Positions 46,045-55,138 of a DNA stretch of 64,000 bases are shown here, piece by piece. The position numbers were made by a program, and so were the translations under genes. The stretch spans positions 6,325-70,324 of the forward strand of contig JAWBQY010000005.1 of NCBI GenBank assembly GCA_038844925.1. Reading direction: 5' to 3'. This stretch comes from Sulfolobales archaeon. Its GTDB lineage: Archaea; Thermoproteota; Thermoprotei_A; Sulfolobales; NBVN01. Under the pieces are notes generated by a model. That model ran no database searches and was not told the origin of the DNA. It saw only the letters and a program-made list of their open reading frames with translations. The first letter of the stretch is position 1; the number at the start of each line of letters is the position of its first letter.

Positions 46045-47205
46045 CTACCTCCTTAGTATTATGGTAGTTATATTTGAGCCTACACCGCCGATATTCTGAG
46101 TTAAGCCGACCTCACCGCCAACTTTAACTCCTGGGAAATCCCCTCTTAACTGCATAACGACCTCACATACTTGGTAAACTCCTGTAGCTCCTACTGGATG
46201 ACCTCTAGACTTCAGACCTCCTGACGGGTTTACAGATGGTTTATCACCAGGTTTAAACCTACCCTCAGCAACTAATTTAGCCCCCATGCCCTTAGGTGCA
46301 AAGCCTACGTCTTCAAGTGTTATCACACCGTTTATTGAGTAAGCATCGTGAAGTTCTGCCACATCAACATCCTTAGGGGATAGCTTAGCCATTTTAAATG
46401 CTCTTTCAGCTGATAACCTCGACGCTAAGAATGAATCTAACTCAAATCTAGATGAGATGTCAGTACTGTCTAATGCGTTGCCTATTCCAGCAATTAAAAC
46501 CGGTGTGTCGTTGTACTTCTTTGCGACATCCTCAGAAGCTAGAATTACTGCAGCAGCCCCATCACTCATCGGGCATGAGTCTAGCAGTCTTATAGGGTCA
46601 GCTATTATAGGTGATTTAACGACGTCTTCCGCGGTAATCTTCATTTTCAAATGTGCGTATGGATTGTAGTAACCGTTTTCATGCATTAATATAGGCCATG
46701 CAGACATATCGTCCCTCCCCACATTATACTTATTCATATAGTACCGCATTATCAGCGCGTTAAGACCTGAGAAACTAATTCCGTAAGGTATTTCGAAGTC
46801 AGCGTCTGCCGCGTAGGCAAGTCCGCGTGCTACTTCAGGTGTAGTCCTCTCACTTAATTTCTCGACCCCTACTACAGCTACAACGTTAGCTAATCCTGAG
46901 GATATTAATGCGTATCCAGCAACCAATGCCGCACCGCCTGAGCCGCAGGCAGCCTCTACCTTAAACCCTGAAGTACCTCTTAAACCGCAGTAATCTGCTA
47001 CGAGTGATGCTAAGTTCTCCTGCTCTGCTTGACTGCTTAACATATTACTTACTACTATGAATTCCGGTACAACGTTACTGGCATCATCTATAGCTTTGAA
47101 GAGTGCTTCACCAGCTAAGTCTCTTAGAGGGCGTTCGTAGAACCTACCAACGTTACTCATACCTGAACCAACTACGAATACCTTCCTAAACACTATAGCC
47201 ACCAC
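46045..47205 (-). CDS. thiolase (archaeal acetyl-CoA acetyltransferase type), catalytic Cys present
   Basis: VEAACGSGGAA (nucleophile Cys), VGVEK, DSCPMSDGAAA, HDAYS and GGLKSRGHPVGATGV are present. Confidence 0.85.
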   Translation of the reverse strand: MVAIVFRKVFVVGSGMSNVGRFYERPLRDLAGEALFKAIDDASNVVPEFIVVSNMLSSQAEQENLASLVADYCGLRGTSGFKVEAACGSGGAALVAGYALISSGLANVVAVVGVEKLSERTTPEVARGLAYAADADFEIPYGISFSGLNALIMRYYMNKYNVGRDDMSAWPILMHENGYYNPYAHLKMKITAEDVVKSPIIADPIRLLDSCPMSDGAAAVILASEDVAKKYNDTPVLIAGIGNALDSTDISSRFELDSFLASRLSAERAFKMAKLSPKDVDVAELHDAYSINGVITLEDVGFAPKGMGAKLVAEGRFKPGDKPSVNPSGGLKSRGHPVGATGVYQVCEVVMQLRGDFPGVKVGGEVGLTQNIGGVGSNITTIILRR

Positions 47206-47207
47206 AC

Positions 47208-48119
47208 TTATTGTAACGTAATTACTGAAGTGTTAGTTAAAAGCTTATCTAAATAGTTAACACATCCACGCATTGGACGTAAGTCCTCAACAACTTTAAG
47301 AATTAACGAAGTCGCACAAGTGAAGTTATCATCTAAGTCTAAAAGCAGTATGTGATCGCCTGGTGATGAAATCTCGAGAGACCTAACTAAAGTGAGTAGT
47401 GTATGTGATGTACCGAAGTAACCTATAGTTTTAACATATTTGGAGGGCTCTAATGAAGCATCGCTAATACCTACAGACTTTAAAATCTTAGAACAATATC
47501 TTAAGTCCTTTAGATTCGTAGCTACGTACTTTATTTCCTGAGGCCTAACCCCAGCCCTCTCTAATAAATTCTTCAAGAACTTAGATAGCCTGCCGAGGTA
47601 GAGGTCTGCATGGAAGTCATTTCTAGCAACCTTACTAGGCAGTAGAGGCGGTGAGTTTATTAATGACTCACTTGAAAGTACTTCTACATATCCTTTAGAC
47701 TTACTGAGAACCATTGAAACAGCTGCAGCTGCCTCACTACAGTCCGAAGAAACTACTAGGACATCACCCTCCTCAACTATCTCCTCAGCCAAACTGATTA
47801 GATGGTATAAATCGCTTATATCGTATTTCTTAATATCATTTAGCTTAAGTAGGTCGGCTAGTAATGCTGACTTAACACCGATTGTCCTATCACTTGACAA
47901 GTAAACTAATGCTTTAAAATTACTATAGCCGTTATACCTTAGCACTTGACATGATTCATAACTCATCGTTATTAAATCTTCGTCAGGACCTAATACTGGA
48001 GTTAAACTATTACCATTACGCTTCCTGTACCTTGGTATGTAAGCACACCATGCCGATATGTAGAATCTCATAAACCTTCTCTTAATACTTAGAGATGGGG
48101 TTTTTATGGTTTTCGTCAA
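47208..48119 (-). CDS. HMG-CoA synthase-like protein, apparently catalytically degenerate
   Basis: AWCAYIPRYR aligns with the HMGCS N-terminus. However GTES becomes SSDR, EFACRAAG becomes SDLYHLIS (no Cys), FHQPN becomes YVATN, and GNTYNAS becomes GYFGTSH. It occupies the same gene position as the HMGCS in the first triad. Confidence 0.6.
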   Translation of the reverse strand: MTKTIKTPSLSIKRRFMRFYISAWCAYIPRYRKRNGNSLTPVLGPDEDLITMSYESCQVLRYNGYSNFKALVYLSSDRTIGVKSALLADLLKLNDIKKYDISDLYHLISLAEEIVEEGDVLVVSSDCSEAAAAVSMVLSKSKGYVEVLSSESLINSPPLLPSKVARNDFHADLYLGRLSKFLKNLLERAGVRPQEIKYVATNLKDLRYCSKILKSVGISDASLEPSKYVKTIGYFGTSHTLLTLVRSLEISSPGDHILLLDLDDNFTCATSLILKVVEDLRPMRGCVNYLDKLLTNTSVITLQ

Positions 48120-48197
48120 AAGACTACATATGTTTTAGACATTAATCTAACGCATTTACGTAAATATTACCTTATAAAGTATGTACGTCTAATTTCT

Positions 48198-50597
48198 ATG
48201 GTGGATACCATATATAAGCGTACGTTATTACTTATAATCATTGTTGTTTCACTTACTACACTACTATTAGAGCCATTAATAGTTGAGGGAATGGGTAGTG
48301 GTAAGCTTGATGATGGGGTAAAAAGTAGTTTGCTAGTAAACGGTTTTAGCGAGTTCTTAGTAATTAGTAATGACTTAAGTAAGACTTACAGTCTCATAAG
48401 CTCTAACGCTATCAGAGTGTTTAATGAGTTTGGAATGATCTTAGCTGTAGGTGATTTAACAGTCATCAATAAGTTGATTAGGGAACCCTCAGTTGTTAGG
48501 ATAGTACCTAACTTTAAAGTTAGAATTGAAATAACCAGTAATTTTAAGGTCCTCACACTAGGGGATAGTGAGTTAGAGGAAGCTCTCTACAGTTGGGGGA
48601 GGTCTAGAGTTGGTGGGAAGGTTGTTAGTAAGCTCTACAATATTAGTGGGTCTGATGTCATAGTAGCTGTGTTAGATACTGGTATCTCATTAGATCATGA
48701 GGAGCTGAAGGGGAAGTTAATTACTATTAACCCACTAGATAGAACATATCCGGGTGGTTGGATAGAATTTAATCGTAAGGGGGTGCCTGTATGTTCCACA
48801 CCGAGGGATACGCACTTCCATGGCACGTGGGTCAGTTCTATAATAGCAGGTGAGTTCATAGGTATAGCCCCAAATGTAAAACTCATGCATGGCTTAGTAC
48901 TACACGGTGGTGAGGGAACTGCTGCCCAACTACTGGCAGGTCTTGAATGGGTGTTACAGCCTTACACATGTACGGGAGTTAAGACGCAGATAAAACCTAA
49001 TATAGTCTCCTTAAGCCTAGGTGCTTCAGGTAATTACAGTGATGTCTTCTTAAAGCCTATCTCAAGGCTGATTCAGGAGGATATAATAGTTATCGCTGCC
49101 ATAGGGAATGACGGGCCTGGAACCACTTCAAATCCGGGGAATATTTGGGGTGTGATAGGTGTTGGAGCCACCAATAGAGATGATGAAGTTGCGGACTTTA
49201 GCTCTAGTGAAGTTGTTGAATGGCCCTCACCACCTGATGAGTGGCCGTTTAGGGGTACCTATCCTAAGAACTACGTTAAACCCGACTTCACATCACCAGG
49301 AGTTCTAATACCTGGAGCGTACGTAGTAAGTGGTTACTACGTAATAGCCTCAGGTACTAGTGCGTCAACACCTATTGTAAGTGGTGTTACTGCACTAGTT
49401 TTAGAAGCGTTTAAGACGGTTGGAAGGAAGCCTACAATTAATGACGTATATGAAATACTTAATAAAAGTGCGGATAAAGTATGCGATTTAAGTAGGTGTG
49501 GGTGGGGTATAGTTAATGCTGTTAAGGCGGTTTCTCAAGCCTTAGGTAGGGATTTAAATGAAGTTGAGGTCAAAGTAAACGCTACGGATGTCCAAGTCTT
49601 CGATACCATTTTATTAACATCTAAACATAATTTGAATTACTTCTTAGATGACCTTAAATTAGGGTCGGGAAGTGAAGTAGTAGTCCGCGTCCCAATTAGT
49701 GATATGGGTTACCATACAATCCATGCCGTTAGTGAAGGAGAGTACGGACGTGTGAGGATATTTATTAAACCTAAAGCAGTTATTAGAAGTAAGACAGTTA
49801 CGAGAGGGGAGTACTTAGAATTAACATTACTTGGATTTCCAGGGGCTTCAGATGTTCTCATATACCTAGGCAGTAACCTACTTACATATAAGCCACTAAA
49901 TTTACTAGGCTATGAGTCTCTGAAACTCTCACTACCTTACATTAGTTCGGGAAGTCATGAGTTATTAATAATGAATTTTGAGGGCCCGATAATTATTAAG
50001 GATGAAGTATATGTACGTGAAGAGCTTCCAGGTAAGACTAGCTTTACATTAATAGCTTTATCACCACCCTCACAACATACTAACTCAACTGTAGATGTCT
50101 ACATAATATCCTTAATTAACGGAACAGTTAGGGAGCCACGTAAGCTCTACTATCAATTCTTAAGTAGTCAGCCAATGGTGGTTTCAGACATGAGTAGAAT
50201 TGCTGAAGGTATTTACAGGCTCTCATATACGGCGACTTCTTCAGGTGTCTACGTAATTTTATTCAGAGGTGAGGTTGAGGTTGATGGATACGTCATTAAC
50301 GCTACAGCTGTAGCGGTAACTAACATAACACTACCAGATGTTGACTTAAGATCAGTAATTACTAATACGACACTTAAGATTCAAAACCTAACATCTAATC
50401 TTAGTGCCCTAGATTTTGAAGTGCAAATGCTTAGGTCTGAATTAGAAAACTTGAATTCCACTCTTAATCAATTAAATTACACTATATCTACAACCTTAAA
50501 TGAGGTTCTTAAGCTAAGGACTATGATAATTGTGGTAATTCTAGTATTATTCCTTACTAACTTAATTGTAATTAAGCATTTAAAAAGACATGATTAA
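48198..50597 (+). CDS. S8 subtilisin-like serine protease with long C-terminal extension, coiled-coil stalk and C-terminal TM anchor
   Basis: The N-terminus has a signal/anchor. The catalytic triad motifs are VAVLDTGI (D), HFHGTWVSS (H) and SGTSASTPIVSG (S). A sequon-rich heptad region (NLTSNLSALDFEVQMLRSELENLNSTLNQLN) precedes the TM helix. Confidence 0.85.
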   Translation: MVDTIYKRTLLLIIIVVSLTTLLLEPLIVEGMGSGKLDDGVKSSLLVNGFSEFLVISNDLSKTYSLISSNAIRVFNEFGMILAVGDLTVINKLIREPSVVRIVPNFKVRIEITSNFKVLTLGDSELEEALYSWGRSRVGGKVVSKLYNISGSDVIVAVLDTGISLDHEELKGKLITINPLDRTYPGGWIEFNRKGVPVCSTPRDTHFHGTWVSSIIAGEFIGIAPNVKLMHGLVLHGGEGTAAQLLAGLEWVLQPYTCTGVKTQIKPNIVSLSLGASGNYSDVFLKPISRLIQEDIIVIAAIGNDGPGTTSNPGNIWGVIGVGATNRDDEVADFSSSEVVEWPSPPDEWPFRGTYPKNYVKPDFTSPGVLIPGAYVVSGYYVIASGTSASTPIVSGVTALVLEAFKTVGRKPTINDVYEILNKSADKVCDLSRCGWGIVNAVKAVSQALGRDLNEVEVKVNATDVQVFDTILLTSKHNLNYFLDDLKLGSGSEVVVRVPISDMGYHTIHAVSEGEYGRVRIFIKPKAVIRSKTVTRGEYLELTLLGFPGASDVLIYLGSNLLTYKPLNLLGYESLKLSLPYISSGSHELLIMNFEGPIIIKDEVYVREELPGKTSFTLIALSPPSQHTNSTVDVYIISLINGTVREPRKLYYQFLSSQPMVVSDMSRIAEGIYRLSYTATSSGVYVILFRGEVEVDGYVINATAVAVTNITLPDVDLRSVITNTTLKIQNLTSNLSALDFEVQMLRSELENLNSTLNQLNYTISTTLNEVLKLRTMIIVVILVLFLTNLIVIKHLKRHD

Positions 50598-50624
50598 TTA
50601 AATACTAGCTATGGGTCTGGAATA

Positions 50625-51632
50625 ATGAAGATCTCTAAAGACATGCTGCCGGTAGTGTTAATAATCATTACCATATATGCGGCTCTCTTATACATAGCTT
50701 TAAATTTAAATTTAGATGACGTATCCCCAATGCTATTTACATCTAATTTGAATTACTTAATACCTACAGTATTCTTCCGCGTATTTGCACTCCTACTTCA
50801 TTCTTTCTCGTGGTACTTCCTAATTAAGGTTTTACACAGTAATGTATCGGCCGTTAGGGTCTTAGGCATTACGTTAGCAGCTATACTTACAGAAGTAATC
50901 TTACCGATTGGCGGTGTTACAGAAGTTGCTAAAGTTTTACTAGCTTCACAGTTTTTGAACATAGCTCCCGACGCAGTAATATCAGCTCTCCTACTTCATA
51001 GGCTACTGCTTAGCGTGATTACTGCTGTAGTTACGATTATAGCTATAAACATTATTGAGGTCCCCCTAAGTATTTCATTAACTATTCTATCATCTATAGT
51101 GGGATTATTAGTTTTAAATGCTGTAATGCTTCTCCTACCGTCTTCTCAAATGTTTAAGAAAGTTGTCGGAAAGTTCGTAGTGAGGTTTAACATCTCAATT
51201 CAAGACCCTTCAGCTAAGTATAGAGAGTCTATGAGGAAGGTGCTTAGTAGTGGGAGGCTAGCACTCATACTTACGTCACTTACTATACTAGCAGAGAAAT
51301 TTAGCAACGGAGTATATGGGATATACTTATGTAGGTTAATGTCAACTGATATAAATATCTTTACATCTTTAATAGTCTTCGACTCAATATACGTTATCAT
51401 ATGGTTACTACCAGTAGTAACTCCTGGAAATATAGGTGTTTTCGAGACAGTACAGATAATGATATTTAAGCTTCTAGGAACGTCGCTTAAATCTGCTACC
51501 TTAATAGCTCTACTTAATAGAGCTATCACGTTGATTACTGAGCTACCTTTAATGCTACTCTCAACTACTTATCTAGGAATACGTGCTAGGCAGTTGATAA
51601 GGACTTTAAGTTCCTCCCGCTCTAAAGGATGA
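50625..51632 (+). CDS. polytopic membrane protein (flippase-like / UPF0104-like, tentative)
   Basis: About 8 TM helices. The family assignment is by overall resemblance only. Confidence 0.45.
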   Translation: MKISKDMLPVVLIIITIYAALLYIALNLNLDDVSPMLFTSNLNYLIPTVFFRVFALLLHSFSWYFLIKVLHSNVSAVRVLGITLAAILTEVILPIGGVTEVAKVLLASQFLNIAPDAVISALLLHRLLLSVITAVVTIIAINIIEVPLSISLTILSSIVGLLVLNAVMLLLPSSQMFKKVVGKFVVRFNISIQDPSAKYRESMRKVLSSGRLALILTSLTILAEKFSNGVYGIYLCRLMSTDINIFTSLIVFDSIYVIIWLLPVVTPGNIGVFETVQIMIFKLLGTSLKSATLIALLNRAITLITELPLMLLSTTYLGIRARQLIRTLSSSRSKG

Positions 51633-51634
51633 TG

Positions 51635-51660
51635 TTTTCCAGCTGTAAGGTTGGGGAAAA
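51635..51660. terminator. possible bidirectional terminator between convergent genes (T-tracts on both strands flanking an imperfect hairpin)
   Basis: TTTTCC (51635-51640) pairs with GGAAAA (51655-51660). This places an oligo-T run directly after each convergent gene's stop. Confidence 0.25.
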
Positions 51661-51687
51661 ATACGTATTGGTTTAGAAGATTACTAC

Positions 51688-52191
51688 CTACTTCCACCTA
51701 CATATTTCTATTAAGTTGTTAGGCCATGGAGCTAGAGTGAATTTCTTAATCCACTCATCATCTATCCTAACGTTTTTCAGTATACTAATTATCTCATTAA
51801 TTAGTTTTTGACTGACCCTACCTTCAGCAACTGCTGGGCAGTCCATATCTAAGTATAAAACCTTCTCATTTGTTTTGAAGTCGTAGTACAGAAGTACAGG
51901 CCATACCCTACAGTCAAATGGACGTCTTTCATAGTTCAGGCAGAGTCCTTCAGGACTTAAGAATGGGCAGGCGCGTCCTCCATGCGCTCCTAAACACTTA
52001 ACAGGTCCTAGGGGGGTTTCTAAAGTGAAGTACTTACCTTCATACTCTCCTTCCTCCTCAGGAAGTAAGACCGCGTAGAACCTCCTACAGCAGTTAAGAG
52101 TACAGTTCCTACAAATGTCACCGAAATCTACGAATTTAAAGTACTCGGCCACCTTGGTCAAGTGATTGACCTGCCTTGATATATCTATCAT
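51688..52191 (-). CDS. YkgJ/UPF0153-type cysteine-cluster (zinc/iron-chelating) protein
   Basis: The CRNCTLNCCRRF cluster is followed by further conserved Cys (CPFLSPEGLCLNYERRPFDCRVWP). Confidence 0.7.
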   Translation of the reverse strand: MIDISRQVNHLTKVAEYFKFVDFGDICRNCTLNCCRRFYAVLLPEEEGEYEGKYFTLETPLGPVKCLGAHGGRACPFLSPEGLCLNYERRPFDCRVWPVLLYYDFKTNEKVLYLDMDCPAVAEGRVSQKLINEIISILKNVRIDDEWIKKFTLAPWPNNLIEICRWK

Positions 52192-52345
52192 AATTAGATT
52201 TAAAAGTTTAACTAATCAATAGACCTCATAAAACTTAAGGAAGAGGGATTTTAGATCCCACCTAGAGTTCCCCTACCTCCTAACATATAAAGATTTTAAG
52301 AAAATATTATTAGGCTCTGTAGGAACTTTTTAGAGGTATGGCCTC

Positions 52346-52678
52346 ATGGAGCTAATAGATATTAATGAGTTTGCTCGGGTAGACCTGCGTGTAGGGCTTG
52401 TAAAACATGCTGAACGAGTTCCCGGATCTAAGAAATTAATTAAAATCATTGTTGATATTGGAAGTGAGGAGAGGCAAATATTAGCTGGGCTTGCAGAGTT
52501 CTACGACCCTAAGGAATTAGTAGGTAAGTACGTTATCGTCGTAGCTAATTTAAAGCCTAAGAAAATGATGGGGTTAGAGTCTAATGGTATGATACTTGCT
52601 GCTGGTTGCGGCCCTGAAGACACCCCAGTAATCCTTACGACACTAAAGCCTGTAGCACCTGGCACTAAGGTCTGTTAA
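52346..52678 (+). CDS. tRNA-binding domain protein (Trbp111/CsaA-like)
   Basis: FARVDLRVGLV...AERVPGSKKLIKIIVDIG is an OB-fold tRNA-binding domain pattern. Length is ~110 aa. Confidence 0.8.
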   Translation: MELIDINEFARVDLRVGLVKHAERVPGSKKLIKIIVDIGSEERQILAGLAEFYDPKELVGKYVIVVANLKPKKMMGLESNGMILAAGCGPEDTPVILTTLKPVAPGTKVC

Positions 52679-53495
52679 TTAGTGGGTGGGGCTTCGGCGG
52701 TAACGGAATTATAAATCTTTTATGTTCTGTCATCTTAATCCTTTGGAGGACGCCTGCCACAATATTTAACGGTACGCCTATCTTACTAGCAACTACTTCT
52801 GGGGCGAGTCCCAGGTCTATTAGGTGGTAGAGTACCTTATCTATTACGTCGTATTCAGCACCTAACTCATCCTTAGCTGTATGTCCTACCCACAATCCGG
52901 GACTGCTGGGTTTCCACGCTATTTCTTCAGGAATTCCTAAGTATTCTGCTAGGAGTCTAACCTGTGTTTTATAGAGGTTTATTAGTGGGTAGATATCTGC
53001 TGCGCCGTCACCCCACTTAGTGAAGAATCCTAGTAGGTACTCACTACGGTTGCTAGTCCCTAAAACTAGTAGGTTATAGGCATTTGCGAAGTAGTAAAGT
53101 AGTACCATCCTACTCCTAGCTTTTACATTCCCCTTAGCTAGTTTAGGAGCATCCTCATATGATGAACCCACGGCTCTGAGAAAAACATCTACTATACTAG
53201 TTATATCGATGTGTTTGACGTTTTCCAACCCTAATACCTCAGTAACTAAGACAGCGTCTCTAACATCCTTACTACTACTTTCCCTATCAGGTAGTATTAA
53301 GGAGTAAACGCGCTTACTACCTAATGCCCTAACCGCTAAGGCCGCCGCGCAGGCAGAGTCAACCCCACCACTCACACCTAATATGACGCCCTTAACACCT
53401 AAACTCTCTACATATGTTTGAATGTATCTGATTAAATCCTCTGAAGTTCTTTTGAGGTTGAGCTGCAGGTATGGTGGGACCTCATACTTCGGCAT
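52665..53495 (-). CDS. nadE: NH3-dependent NAD+ synthetase
   Basis: The PP-loop GVSGGVDSA is present and the ~275 aa length fits. LGTSNRSE and the KxxVR region are typical of NadE. Confidence 0.9.
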   Translation of the reverse strand: MPKYEVPPYLQLNLKRTSEDLIRYIQTYVESLGVKGVILGVSGGVDSACAAALAVRALGSKRVYSLILPDRESSSKDVRDAVLVTEVLGLENVKHIDITSIVDVFLRAVGSSYEDAPKLAKGNVKARSRMVLLYYFANAYNLLVLGTSNRSEYLLGFFTKWGDGAADIYPLINLYKTQVRLLAEYLGIPEEIAWKPSSPGLWVGHTAKDELGAEYDVIDKVLYHLIDLGLAPEVVASKIGVPLNIVAGVLQRIKMTEHKRFIIPLPPKPHPLINRP

Positions 53496-53505
53496 ATTAA
53501 ATTAC

Positions 53506-54963
53506 CTAAACATCTAAGTACATGTAAAACTCTATAGGTGTTGGGTAGGAATAAGACTTAACGCATTCATCCCTCTTAAGTTCGATATAAATCTCTATTA
53601 ACTCCTTGGAGAACGCGTACCTTAAGAATTCGTTATCTGATTCGAGTTCGTCTAACGCTTCCCACAACGTCCTAGGTAATTCCCTTATGCCTAAGGACTT
53701 CCTCCTCTCAACACTCATATGATATACGTTCTCATCTACGGGGTCTCCAGGATCTATCTTCTTCTTAATACCGTCTAAACCAGCTGCTAGTATAGCAGAT
53801 ATTGCTAGGTATGGATTTGATGATGGGTCCGGAGGCCTGTACTCTATCCTCTTACCATTATTATCACCTCTATGGTATAGTGGTACTCTTACCGCTGCAC
53901 TTCTATTAGACCTACTCCACACTAAGTATATAGGTGCTTCAAATCCGGGTACCAACCTCTTATAACTATTCGTAGTTGGTGATACTATAGCTGCTAAAGC
54001 TCTAGAATGCTCTAACAACCCACCAATGAAGTACCTACCGGTCTGACTTAACTCTGCGTAACTATCATTAGGGTCGTAGAAGACGTTAACTCCACCACCA
54101 TTCCATAGGCTTTGATGTACATGCATTCCCGACCCGTTATCACCGTAAATAGGTTTAGGCATGAATGTAGCTATAACGCCGTGTTTAGCTGCTACGTTCT
54201 TAACAACGTACTTAATAGTTTGTACCTTATCAGCCACATCTGTTGGCGTACTATACTTGAAGTTTATTTCTACTTGACCTGAAGCCGCTACCTCATGATG
54301 ATGTGCCTCAACATATATGCCGAAATACTTAGCTAATATGTCCGCAGCCTCCTCCCTTACGTTTAAATTCTTATCTACTGGTTCTACTGCGTAGTAACTA
54401 TCCTTCAACCTAGTGAAGTAGCCGTTTCCATAACTCCAAGGCGACTCCTTAGAATACACCCTATAACTTAAACCTGCGTAAGGTGTTAGAACATCAACAT
54501 CTACCTTATCGAATATGAAGAACTCTAACTCACATGAGACGTAAGCATTAAAACCTTCATTTTTCAGGGCCTCCTCAATCCTCTCCGCAACATACCTAGG
54601 GTCCTTAGAGAGTCTATTCCCTCCAAAGCCTGCATAAACCTTAGAAAGAAACCTAATAACTGAATTCCTCCACGGTATTTTCCCGAAGGTACTAACTACT
54701 GGTACTAAAACCATATCACTTTCATAAATCTCTGAGAATCCTTTAGCGCTACTACCGTCTAACTTACCGAAACCTACCTCGAAAGACTTTTCACTAAATT
54801 CCTGAGTGTTTATTGTGACGTGGTGTAACCCACCTAATAAATCAGTAAACTGTAGGTCTACCCAGTTGACTTTCTCCCTCTGCATATAGTCTAACACGTC
54901 CTTAGCACTCCACCTCCTTACATTGTTCCAAAAATCATTTTCAATACCAACCACTTTTAGCAC
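53506..54963 (-). CDS. glnA: glutamine synthetase (type I)
   Basis: VDLQFTDLLG, FMPKPIYGDNGSGMHVHQSLW, NSYKRLVPGFEAP and SNRSAAVRVP are present. Confidence 0.95.
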   Translation of the reverse strand: MLKVVGIENDFWNNVRRWSAKDVLDYMQREKVNWVDLQFTDLLGGLHHVTINTQEFSEKSFEVGFGKLDGSSAKGFSEIYESDMVLVPVVSTFGKIPWRNSVIRFLSKVYAGFGGNRLSKDPRYVAERIEEALKNEGFNAYVSCELEFFIFDKVDVDVLTPYAGLSYRVYSKESPWSYGNGYFTRLKDSYYAVEPVDKNLNVREEAADILAKYFGIYVEAHHHEVAASGQVEINFKYSTPTDVADKVQTIKYVVKNVAAKHGVIATFMPKPIYGDNGSGMHVHQSLWNGGGVNVFYDPNDSYAELSQTGRYFIGGLLEHSRALAAIVSPTTNSYKRLVPGFEAPIYLVWSRSNRSAAVRVPLYHRGDNNGKRIEYRPPDPSSNPYLAISAILAAGLDGIKKKIDPGDPVDENVYHMSVERRKSLGIRELPRTLWEALDELESDNEFLRYAFSKELIEIYIELKRDECVKSYSYPTPIEFYMYLDV

Positions 54964-55138
54964 CTACTTACTTGATTTTAAAACAAAATTTAAGATTGAT
55001 TATCAAGAACTCAAGACATTGTACTATTGGTCCATAACCCCTCTACAATAAAGATTGAATCGTTATATGTGGTTAGAGTTATTAGGGGAGAACATTGTGA
55101 GTTGGTATCTGGGAGGGGTGCTAACTTTAAATAAGGGT

